Assembly (NCBI RefSeq): GCF_032191835.1
Contig: NC_083237.1
Location: 22,630,001 to 22,694,000 of the forward strand
DNA: 64,000 bases
Source of the DNA: Heteronotia binoei
Taxonomy: Eukaryota
Reading direction: 5' to 3'
The notes below the pieces were generated by a model. It was not told the origin of the DNA. It worked only from the letters and a program-made list of their open reading frames with translations, and did no database searches. Each line of letters opens with the position of its first letter. Position 1 is the stretch's first letter. Below are positions 13,219-24,073 of the stretch, in pieces. A program made the translations under genes and the position numbers.

Positions 13219-13414
13219 TTAGGGTTGCCAATTTCCAAGCGGAGGATGGAGATCTCCTGGAATTGCAACTGATCTCCAAGCGACAGAGAAATTAGTTCAC
13301 CTGGAGAAATGGCTGCTTTGAAAGGGGGCTGTATGGCACTCCCCAAACCTCGCCCTCCTCAGGCTCCACTGCTCAAATCTGGAGGTGTTTCCTAACCTAG
13401 AGCTGGCAATCCTA
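13219..13414 (+). mobile_element. MITE with TAGGGTTGCCA...TGGCAATCCTA termini
   Basis: Terminal inverted repeats present. Related copies at about 5985-6130, 9200-9410 and 17015-17225. Confidence 0.7.
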
Positions 13415-15765
13415 TTTCCAATCCATATGGTCAAAATTGAATGCTCAAAAACAACACTAACTGGAAAATCCTCACAGTGCCTTTGGGCAGATTTGGAGAG
13501 GACAGTGATTATTACTAGTAGAAATAATTATTGTTAATTACATGGTGTCATTAGTGTCCGTAGGCAAATGTTGGATCCGCACAGTGAGCAGCTTACAACT
13601 TATATATAGCAATTTTAAAATCAAGGGAGTACTTGCTTTGAGAATTTGTTTTTCTCAGCAACCCAAAGCTGTGCAATTCTAGAACCTTGTCCTCAAAAGA
13701 CACCTTGCAAGAGACACTGATCTCCATAAAGTAAGAAGTAACACCGAACCTTTGAAGGTACCGTATACTGAGTCAAGACTGTTGGTGCAACAAGCCTAAA
13801 CATTCTCTGCTGCAATTGGCAATGGCTCTCTAGACAGATTCTCTCCAAAAATGGAGGTCAGCAAAGCAAAAGGCAGGAACTAAAATCATACCCAAAGAGT
13901 GGTTAAGGAGATGCTAGAAGAAAAACTAAGGCTCTTCTTCCAGTATTCTGCTGGTGAGATGTGGCATATGTACCAAAGTTTTTCAAAAATGTTGACATCA
14001 AAAAGCAACCGAGCTGGAAGGAATTATAATTTAAATGGGGACTCTCCTCACTCCACTATTTAAATGTAGCATTTCCCCCTTTTCCTCCAGAATGAGACTT
14101 AAAGATTAAGGGTTTTTTTTATAGATTTTTCAAAGGTGGGCCCTGGCTCCGCTTTCAATGACTTGAAGCCCGTAGATTTCCGTGACCCCTCTTTCTCCAA
14201 GCCCGTCATCCAGAATATGTCTCCAAAGATCTCCTTGTAAGGAGCTGCCGCTTGTTCCGTCCAAGCACAGATGCTGCCTACTGTCTCAGTTATCCCTTGC
14301 CCAAAATAGATACTGCTGTGTCTCAAGGGTTCCGGAAAGGAACCTCCGTCATTCTTGGGGTGGGGGGTGTTGCGGGGTGGTAGCGACACCCACATAAGGG
14401 CAAGGAAATGGAGACTTAGAAGCTGAGATGTCTTCCTCACTGGTGTTCTCCATGAGGGCATTTTGCTATGAATTGGGATTTATTACTAAAGGGTTCTGAA
14501 ACAGGGTGTGTGCATGTGGTGGAGAGGATGGGAAGGGGAGAAATCTGTCTTACAAAATGGAGGAGCTACAGAAACATGCAAGACTAAGCGGCATCAACAA
14601 TATCAGTTGTTCTAAGCCCTTAAATCCTACACAACCTTAAAAACTTTGTCAGATTACAGTTGCTATGCATCTTTGTCCTTTTTATGACTTGGGAATGTTC
14701 CTTGTTTTTTTTTTGTTTTTTTTTTTAAATCTTGTCCTAGGAAGCTCCCTGCAACATATAACCTTTTGAAGTTGGTTGTGAAATAGAGACAGGCCCAAGC
14801 TGACTTGAGTGAGGACTCCTCAGATGTACTCCAACATTCTCAACTACAACATCACATAGGTTCCCGTCTACTACACAAGCACTGCTCTACATCTATTAAA
14901 GCATAAGATAGGACACTGAAGATCTACCTACATGTTACACTGTTTTCTCTGGGCCCCACCTAGGACCACATGATCAGATGTATGTTGCAAGATCATGCCA
15001 GGAACTTACTTCCCAAGAGTGTGAGCCCAATTAGGATTGCGATCATTGTGTATGAGGAAAAGAAGTTCAGCCTCCCCCCCGCACTGTTTCCCAACCTGAA
15101 ACAGCTCTAGGGGGCTATTATTTGCCATGTTTAGTGTTGGGGCACACCTAGATTTCCCGGTGTGAGTGTCTATGTGTGTGTGTGTGGGGGGGGGGATGTT
15201 GTCTATCAGTTTCAAGGCAATGATCTACATAACTGGGAAATTCTTCACATATTTCTTCTAGGATTTTGCGCTCTGTTAGCTGAATGTCTATGCCCATGTA
15301 ACTTAGTCTTCCCCCAAAACACTTAAATCTCTGTTTTTTGCCGTTAAAGGCACCCCAGTTTGTAAGCAGAGCAGAGCCAATATTTGCACTACACAGAGCT
15401 GAAAAAAATGAACAGTACCATAGAGTTACTCCAGTCTAAGGCCACTGAAATCAATGGACTTAGACTGGAGATGAATTGACTTAACAGTGCAGAGGATTGC
15501 ACCGTCAGACCAAGATGTTAAGTTTCTGCTGTTGCATATCTAAAATAACATCCCTCCTTTTTAAAGAGACTGTTAAGAAAGCTGTAGAAAGGACAGAAGG
15601 GACCGTAAATCATGGCACATTACAGGGGAGACCACCTTTGGATCTTCTTTCAGAATGTGAACTTTATAAAGGACTGGGAGTTCTAAGAATCCTCCTCTAG
15701 CTCTTAGTCCTGCTTCCAGTAAATGGCATCCATTCCCTCCCACCACTGCTGTCCTTGTTCCTTAC

Positions 15766-15861
15766 CTCTTTGAACTCCTGGATCTGTGTTTGGTCAAACA
15801 TGGAGAAAACATTGGAGCTTCCTCCTTCGGCTGCTGCCCTCCTCTTTGCCTTCTTGGGTGC
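15766..15861 (-). CDS. MYL11: MYL11 exon 2 (N-terminal MLCK phosphorylation region)
   Basis: [32 protein letters not shown]; 96 nt; CAG acceptor and GTAAGG donor. Confidence 0.97.
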
Positions 15862-15912
15862 CTGGAACAGGTTAAGGAGGCAATGGAAAATCAGACCAAT
15901 TCATGGCATAAA

Positions 15913-16192
15913 GCAGGGATGGCCAAACTTGCTTAAAGTAAGAGCCGCATAGAATAAACATCAGATGTTGGAGAACCACAAGACATGAACGTCAGATGTT
16001 TGAGAGCTTCAAGGAAGAAAGGAAGGAAAATAAATGGGGGAGGGAGAGAGGAAAGAGGGGTGGAAAGAAAGCTACTTTAATTTCAAATGCTTTCTTCGGG
16101 CTGGTCGATAGGGTGGTGGTGGCTTCAAGAGCCACACAATATGCATGAAAGAGCCACATGTGAATCCCGGGTTGTAGTTTGCCCACCCCTGG
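15913..16192. mobile_element. hAT-like MITE (CAGGGATGGCCAAAC...GTTTGCCCACCCCTG)
   Basis: Terminal inverted repeats; homologous to the gapped copy at 28420-28793. Confidence 0.7.
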
Positions 16193-16483
16193 CATAAAGG
16201 TACATGAAACAAATATCAAGAAGGGGGCGCTCCCTCCACACATTTCAAGAGAAGAAAATGTTGAGAGGCTTGTTGAACATTTCCTGTATTTTCATACCCC
16301 TCACTCAGTCTCTGAAAACAAGATGCCTAGAAACATCTTTTCCACTTTTAAATAAACCTTTCTTCCATTTGTCTTCAAAATAGAATGTTGGTACCAGGTT
16401 TTGTATATTCCTCAGAGCGTGAGGAAATTTCAGAAGATTCCAATATGTATGTCATGACAATAAAATGTACAGGAATCCTGAAA

Positions 16484-16619
16484 NNNNNNNNNNNNNNNNN
16501 NNNNNNNNNNNNNNNNNNNNNNNNNNNNNNNNNNNNNNNNNNNNNNNNNNNNNNNNNNNNNNNNNNNNNNNNNNNNNNNNNNNNNNNNNNNNNNNNNNNN
16601 NNNNNNNNNNNNNNNNNNN
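16484..16619. other. Assembly gap (N run) in MYL11 intron 1
   Basis: Run of N. Confidence 1.
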
Positions 16620-18996
16620 GAATTTGTAATTACTGCTTCAGATTACATGTGTAAAGTAGTACAGAATACCTGAGGTATCACCAAATATATATTTCTGTTT
16701 TGTAACTAATAATATTGTTTCTTTGAATGTAAATGAAATAGACTAATTTACAAATCTGTGTTCTTTAGTTATGGCAGGAAACAAGCACATAGAATGTGGC
16801 ACATCATAATTCTGGTTCAGAAGCTTTTCTGAAGTTTCTTCAATGTGCAGAAATTAACTCGGGAAGAAGCCAATATAGTAAAAATAAAATTACAGCCTGC
16901 TGCTGAGTTCGTACAGAATATTTCGCAACTTGGCCCAAACGTGTCTAAAGGGGTGTGACATAATTCCAGATTCCAGGTGCACTAAAGTATACACATTCAT
17001 CTCCAAAAGAAGTCAGTGTTGCCAGCCTCCAGGTGGGGTCTGGCAATCTCCCACTTTTACAACTGATCTCCTGCTGGCAGAGATCAGCTCCCCTGGAGAA
17101 AATGGCTGCTTGGAAGGATGGACTCTAGGGCAGTGTTCCATGCTGAGGAACCTCCCCTCTCCAAATCCCACATTCTCCTGGCTCCACCCCCAAAGTCTTC
17201 AGGTACAACACTGGCCAAGCAACCTTAAAAAGAAGGCTTGGGAAAGAGGCTTGGTGGACAAGATGGATCCTAAGGGGGACTTGAAGGTGAAAAATGACTG
17301 TTTCTTAGGTCCTTTTTAATGATACAATCTCTAATAGAGGAGTGGATTAAGCTAAGGAGACATAAAGATGGATGGTAGGTAAGCGAAGTAAGATCACTAC
17401 AGAGTGTTGTGCTGGATTCCCTCCCCAGGCAGAAGTTCAGTTGGAAGGGTGAGGTGAGGGTCTAAAAAGTGGCCTGTAGCCTGAAGATTTAGGTACATCG
17501 ACACCAGAAAATAAGACCTTAGTGACCAACAGAATCTTCCAAGGCGTAAGCTCTCCTGAGTCAAAGCTTGCTTTGTCATATACCATCTGAAACCATAAAG
17601 TAAGAAACTGAGACACACCCGCACACAACGGGGGTGGCGGGAGGACTATGTCTTTTTGTACAGCACTCACACCATGGATAGAATCAGGGTATTCCTTTGC
17701 AGAGCTACTCCCATGTAAGCCCATTTGAGTAACTCAGCATAGGATCGCACTGTCAGTAACCCAGGCTGTTGCAGGGAGTGGGGGGATGGGGATGGATAAC
17801 TTCCACATGCAGCGCTGTGAGGCTCAGCTTACTCTCATGAGTGACCCCGAGCTGCTTTGTAAGCACCTTTTGCAGGGCTCTGGCTGGCAGCACCCTCTGT
17901 GCTCTGGATTGCATAAAACGAGGTGCATACACTGGGCATGTTTCAGGGGACATGAAGAGCTTAAAAAAGCAAAAGAGAAATGCATGTTCCCTTTGTTTCC
18001 TATTACCAACGGAAAGGGAGGTTGTAATACCCATAGATCCTGGCCACCTCTTCAGCACTTCTGTATCGCAGCTCCTTTTGACTGACTCCTGCAGCATCTT
18101 CAGGAATCCAACTCCTGAGGCTGCTGTCTGCTCAGCAGTTGTTAGTTGCCTTTTGCTCCTTTGAATCCCTCCCTTAAAACAGACTCCTAAGCAGCTGGCC
18201 TTTGTGGTGGGGCAGTATCATTGGATTTCAGAGCGGGTCCAGCTGATACCCAGTTCCATTAAGGGGTTAGTTGTATTAGTCAAGAATTAAGAGCACTGTG
18301 CGGTTATTAAAGGGCTTCAAAGGATTCACCAGCAAGTTCTTGGGCGCATGGTGCAGGAACGGGAATCAGGGCAGGATCTTAAAGGGGAGAACCCAGCTCC
18401 AGGTATGCAGGATTGAGGGTTTTTTTTTATATATCATGCTCCATCACATGCAATTCTGATCCCGTTTTGCCAACCTCCCCATTTTTCTTTGCTTTACAAA
18501 AGCCCCAGCTGCTCTTTATGGCCTCCCCACTAAAACATTACTCCTCAATCATTCTTCAGTAGCTCCAAGGTATTCTCTGAACATAAATATTCCTTCCGCT
18601 TAGCTGCGGAAATACATTAAGTGGAAAGAAAATGAAAGGGCCAGATGTGTGTGTGTGAGAGAGAGAAGGGGAGTGGGGAACCAGATGAACACAAGAGAAA
18701 AACAGATAAGGAGACTTGTTGGCCACCAATATTCCTTTCACAGATTAAATTAGAGTAAGGTCTCCCCCCCCCTTATGTCCAACATTTTTTAGTTAGAACA
18801 CATCTTTAACCAAGACAAAAACTGCAGATCCTAGACCCTCGGAAAGAAAGGAAGAAAACTGCTCAATAGACCAATATTCCTTTTGTTAATTTCCTCTCCA
18901 TTTTGAGGTTGTAAATTTCCAGAGGTGTGTGTGGTATTAGCCAGTTTCCTCTCCTCCTTATTTCCTTAGGGACCCTCTGACACCTATTCCACTTAC

Positions 18997-18999
18997 CAT
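18997..18999 (-). CDS. MYL11: MYL11 exon 1 coding part (ATG only; the 5' UTR extends to about 19070)
   Basis: - strand GAGAAACAATG|GTAAGT. An ATG-only first coding exon is typical of this RLC family. The seven exons total 513 nt = 170 aa plus stop. Confidence 0.9.
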
Positions 19000-19095
19000 T
19001 GTTTCTCAGTGGGCCAGTGAGCAGTGGCTGTGGGCGCGATGGGGATGTCCCAGAAGGGTGAGTAGCCTAGGCGCAGGCTGCCAATTCCCTTGGGG

Positions 19096-19140
19096 TTATA
19101 TAGACACCCATTGTGGGAGGCGGGGCAGCTAACTATAGCC
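19096..19140 (-). promoter_or_regulatory. MYL11: MYL11 core promoter: TATA box, GC box and MEF2-like site
   Basis: TATATAA on the - strand at 19096-19102; GGGAGGCGGGGC at about 19115-19126; CTAACTATAG at 19129-19138. Confidence 0.7.
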
Positions 19141-21751
19141 CTGTCTTCCAGTTTGGCTCCAGGGGTGGGAGTGGGGGGTAACCAGAGTCCAGAAATAGAC
19201 TGCAGAGGAACGCAAACGGGCCAGCTCCTTTCTTGGAGAAGGGAGAGGTATATTAGGTTTGACTTTTCCGATGCTTTTTATCCTAAGGGTCCACAGCATC
19301 CCAGATTTACCTTTCCTTCACACAGTTTGGGAACCTGTTCTTCTTTAAGTCCCATTCAGGGATTTTTGCTTTTTTATTTACCGAAATACTAAGCATCTAT
19401 ATATCAGTCCTTCTTGTACAAAACTTTGAGGTCTTGAATTTATTTGTTATACCCATCAAGTTGCCCACACCAACTTCTACAAAGCACAAAAACTTTTTGT
19501 CTTCTTCTGTCTGGTGGGTGCTGCGAGATCTATAACTCTGGCATGGACACTGGAAAACAAAGGGCTAACTTGAATTCAGGGCTGGGCCACCTATTGGAAC
19601 CATGGGATATTTGGCTCAGAAGCCTTTCTGCAAGTGAATGGCCAGGCACTGGGGCGGGTGACGGCATTTTCATCATTTTTTTGTGTGGCCAGGTGAAAAG
19701 GATGCTGTCTCTTATGCCAAAACACATTCAAAGGTTTCACACATCAGTTTAAAGTGCAAGATGCAGAATGGTTACGTTCCTTCATCCCCCTCTCCACCCT
19801 TCCTCTCTCCCAGCCAAGGGTATCCAATGTCCCTGAGAAAATTTCCTTTTTGGGATGCTTGGCCCCAGCTGTCGCTGGAGAGGCACCCAGGCAAGAGGCT
19901 CCTAAAGATAGCAATCTAAGTTCTTCTCCCGCCCCAATGCAGACAGCTCTGGGACACCCAGTCCATTAATCTCCCTTCTTTGTCCCCCGCCCCCCCCATT
20001 CCTTGTGACTTCCCCTGTAAAAAACCCGCAATGTAGCCAGGTGTTTTAATGGCAGAAAAAGAATGTGGGAGCAGGGAAATTGCAGAGGCTTCTCTAAGCA
20101 TCCACAGCTCCACCTTTCTCATCCTTACAATCCCCATACAGGGATCAGCACCCATGGTGAGTTTCAACCCCCTGAATGATACCAGCTGGCCAACCTCGAA
20201 GCCAGAGACATGTGAGGAGGGGGCTGCAGCTATGGAAAATGAATCTGCTGGCTGGCTGTTCACCTTGGCAAGTTTCTTAGCAGTTCCTGCACTACAGCTA
20301 GTGGGATAATAGTCACCAAGGTCATTAGGTCTCAAGGAGAGCATACAATATAGGGACAACCTGTTACCTTACTGGTTACAAATGCAATGTCTGGAGATTG
20401 CATTAAAAGAAGGAAAGGAACAGTATGATATTCAGCAATAGTGGAATTGGGCTGAAATACCATGACAAAGCATAAAAATAAAGAGAAGACTTGTGGTGCC
20501 AGAGATTGACAATATTTTGTTTCAGCGTAAGCTGAAATATGTTGGAAGACAGGAAGATGAAGGTAAAAGGGAGAGAGCCCAGATAATATATTTATAGGTG
20601 CTTTTTAGCTCTGGATAAAGAAGCAGTGGTGGTTATGGTAACCAACTTTAAAATGTCCTGCCCCTTTAATATAGGCTTAATGGGGTGTTATTTATCAGGT
20701 AATGTTGTTTATCTCTGAACCATGCAAAGTTTCAGAAGCCCATTTCCACATATTAATCAACAGTTAAAAGGACAGTGTATTTTTCCTCTAGGCCTACTGG
20801 CAACCAGAGTGGTGTTTGGCTGAAAGAAAAACAAAGTGTGACGCAGAAAAAGGTTATTAGAAACAAGGAGAGACATTAAGAGGGCATAGAACAAGTGAAA
20901 AGAGAAAGAAAACAGCAATTGGGGGGGGGGGGATGGTCGGGGAGGTGAAAAAGGATGAAGGGGGGAACTTGGGACATTTTCCTGAAACTGAAGAGAAATA
21001 GCTAAGCTAGAGAAAAGTGTACAAGAGAAACTGCCAGTTCAGCGCAGGCTACCCTGCACTTCTTGGTCTTTTACAACCACCCGTGCTGAGCTGACACATC
21101 CTCCTCCCGGGCATATGCCCAAGATGGAAGATGATACTCCCTTAGCCCAGAGATGTGCTTCTGCTTGTCCCAGGCTGGGAATGAAACCGACTCTGCAAAC
21201 AATACCAAACACTCCACAACTGCATGGGAGTTATTCCAGTGGTGCAGCGGTGCCTAGAATACTACTGGGGGAAAGCTATACCTGTTGAATGCCTTCCAAC
21301 CACAATTGTTCAAGATGCATCAAGTTTGCCTTGAACTATGCAAACACGGACACGTTATCAGTGGTGATGTAAACTGCTGTGAAATCGCAGCCATATGGTG
21401 ACCCTCTCAGGTCCCAACGTGGAGGCAGTGATCTATGCTGAGATCTGTTCTGGTGCCCAATAAGGGTTTGTAGGAAGTGGGTGGGGTCAGGGAGAGCTTT
21501 TGCCCAGCAAGGCATCTAATTGATTATTGGATTTGATTGGCTGTGCAGATTTTTAATAAAAATATTGCTTTGGAAGCAGCTGCCACCCCAGCACCAGAAT
21601 CCACACTGGATTACCAAAGATAAGTTGTGACAACCATTTTGGGGCTGGCCCTGCTTCCTGCAGTAGCCATTGCATTGCTGTGCCCACCATGTAAAGTCAG
21701 AGCTGGAAACGTTCCCACAATCTCAAAAAGAGTGCGGATCCCTGCAGTAGC

Positions 21752-21903
21752 GTTTTCAAGCCAGGAGACGAACAGAGGTGGGTTTGCCATTGCCTGCCTC
21801 TGCCTAGCAGCCCTGGCGTTCCTCAGTGGTCTCCCATGCAGGCGCTAACCAGGGCTGATTCTGCTTAAGTTTCTGAGAGCAAACCAGGTCAGGCTATTCT
21901 GGG
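21752..21903 (-). mobile_element. 5S rRNA-derived SINE
   Basis: The reverse complement resembles the 5S internal promoter (AACTTAAGCAG...TGGGAGACC) followed by GGCAATGGCAAACCACCTCTG. Confidence 0.6.
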
Positions 21904-22099
21904 GAGGGCCTTCTAATACCAGAACTGCACAAAACAAAAGAGACTGAATGGAGGGAGAGAGAAATTGTTCCTATTTCAGCCGCTTTAAACTACCTCCTCC
22001 TACCCCCCCCCTCCATACAAAGCAACTCCTGTCATTCATCCTTCGCCCACCTCAAAGGCCTCCAACCAGACTCAAAAGGCATTCCAGGAGCGCAAAGGA

Positions 22100-23201
22100 T
22101 GTTGGGATTTTGGCCAATGTCTTGGCAGCAATATCTGAGGCGCGTCCCGAGAACCCTTTTCCTATTGGACGCCCACCCTTCACTTTCCATACGTCCAACC
22201 AGCTGCCAAACACTATCCTCACGAGGATTTTCCTCCCTCCCCCCTTTACCCGCTTCCTAAGTCTTTCCTTATTGGTCCCAGATTTCGGCACTCAAGAGGC
22301 CTGACTGAAAATATCTGAATTTGATTGGTAAAGGATGATGTCAACTACGTACTCAGGCCCATCGCTATTGGCCCATCAGGTTCTGAACGCGCCCACAACA
22401 AACGTCTCCAGTCTTTCGTTGGAGCCATTCCATGCGTCGCATTGGTTCAAGAGCACGCCGCTCAGAGACGCTCATAACGTTTTAACAACTGCTTCATCTA
22501 GGTTGACGTTTACTCCCTGTTGTCCCGCCTGCATGCATCACGTGTGTTCGCGACACGGAAGGGTTAAAATTTTGACCCTCCCTAGTGATTGGAGAATTCT
22601 TGCAGGTTCTTCCTTCTATAGGCTAAGCGGCTCTGTAATCCCACCCTCTCACCCCTTCCCTCCCTCCCTCCCTCCCTCCCTTCAGTCGTGGTAGACCAGT
22701 CCATTCCGAGTGGTAAAACCATCCTTCAATTACGAAAATGGATTTCTGTGTTTGACACGCTATTTGCGATTGGCAGCCGCCCCCCGTTAGTCCCTCCTCT
22801 TTGCCGAGCACCCGCTCACCGCCCTTCCTCTTTTTCGTCGCCGTCTGTTATGCCGCGTTACCGATTGGCTGTGCCTGTGCCCTACTCTCTTCCCATTGGA
22901 GCCCTGTCGATGAGTCCCCTGCCTCATCCCCGCGGCTCTTGGCCCTCTTTCCCATTTCTCTTTGATCATTGGCCGAGCTGACTTTCTTCCTGGGTGCTCA
23001 TTGGCTGAATTTGGGGCCGCAGAGCCCGGAGATGCGCGCGCAGGCTGGGGTGGTTGCCTCTCTCACGGCTGGCACTTCTATCCAGGCAAGGGGGGGAGCG
23101 CGGGGCAGCTGGCTCCCTCCCTCCCCCCCACCCCCGCTGAGGCCTTGGCTGGGCAGCTAGGCTACATTCCCCCCTCCGGGGGGGAAGGACCCCCAGGAGT
23201 C
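22100..23201 (+). promoter_or_regulatory. TBC1D10B: CpG-rich, TATA-less TBC1D10B promoter and 5' UTR with 11 same-strand ATTGG (inverted CCAAT) boxes
   Basis: High CpG density. ATTGG at 22164, 22271, 22324, 22367, 22441, 22588, 22769, 22864, 22895, 22968 and 23000. Confidence 0.8.
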
Positions 23202-24073
23202 ATGGAGACCGGCTCTGGGGACCCTCCAACACCCCCTCCTCGGTACAATTCTCCCCGCTCCATGCTCCATGCGCTGAAGGGGCTGGGTTCAGATCCTGCG
23301 GTATCAGTACAGCCTGTGGGCTGTCTGTCGGCTTCCTCCGGGGCAGCAGCCAACTTGGTAACAATGGAACCTGCGGAAGGAACTGTTCCGACTGTCGAAG
23401 GGATGGAAGCATCGTGCGTTGCTACAGAAACGACCACAACCGTGATGACCATAAAGATGTCGCTTGTGGCCAGGGATAATGGAGATGTGGCATCTCTTGC
23501 ACAAGTGGCATCTGATGCTGGAGAGGTGGTGGTGGATGGGATTCCAGTGGGGGATGCGTCTTCTACAGCAACTGGACCTGTGGTTAACTCAGTGGCTGCT
23601 GTGTCCACTGTGGCAACAGTCAATGGAACATCGGTGACATCATCACCTCAGGACAGAATGATGTCATCACCTGTGACTGTGCCTGCAGAGACCACCATGA
23701 AGCCCCTCCCGGTTCCACCGATGTCACCAACGGTGGTCGTGGTAGCGCCTAGCCCTGGCTCGCCGCCGGAAAAGACTTCACCCACTGGCCCAGGAGGCAT
23801 GGAACCTCAAGATCTACCCTCTTCGCAGCCACCCCAAGACCTGGATTCCCAGCCCAGCCTGGGCACTCCAGCACCCAAGGCTCCTCCACCTTCTGACACC
23901 ATGAGCTACTTGGAGTCTGTCAGTCTTATGTCAGGCACCATGGAATCCTTGACCGGCCCTGGATTTCCTGATGATGCTAGCTCTCTGGGTTCCGATTCTG
24001 AAATCAATGGAATGGCGTACCGTAAGACAGACAAATATGGCTTCATTGGGGGCAGCCAGTACTCTGATGGGAT
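23202..24073 (+). CDS. TBC1D10B: TBC1 domain family member 10B (EPI64B, Rab GAP), exon 1
   Basis: Starts METGS in a GTCATGG context. A Pro/Thr/Val-rich N-terminus is followed by DTMSYLESVSLMSGTMESL...SDSEINGMAYRKTDKYGFIGGSQYS. GTAAGT donor, phase 2. Confidence 0.95.

Noticed and set aside
23162-23623. 153-aa antisense ORF over TBC1D10B exon 1
   Set aside because: Shadow ORF of a GC-rich, low-complexity coding exon.
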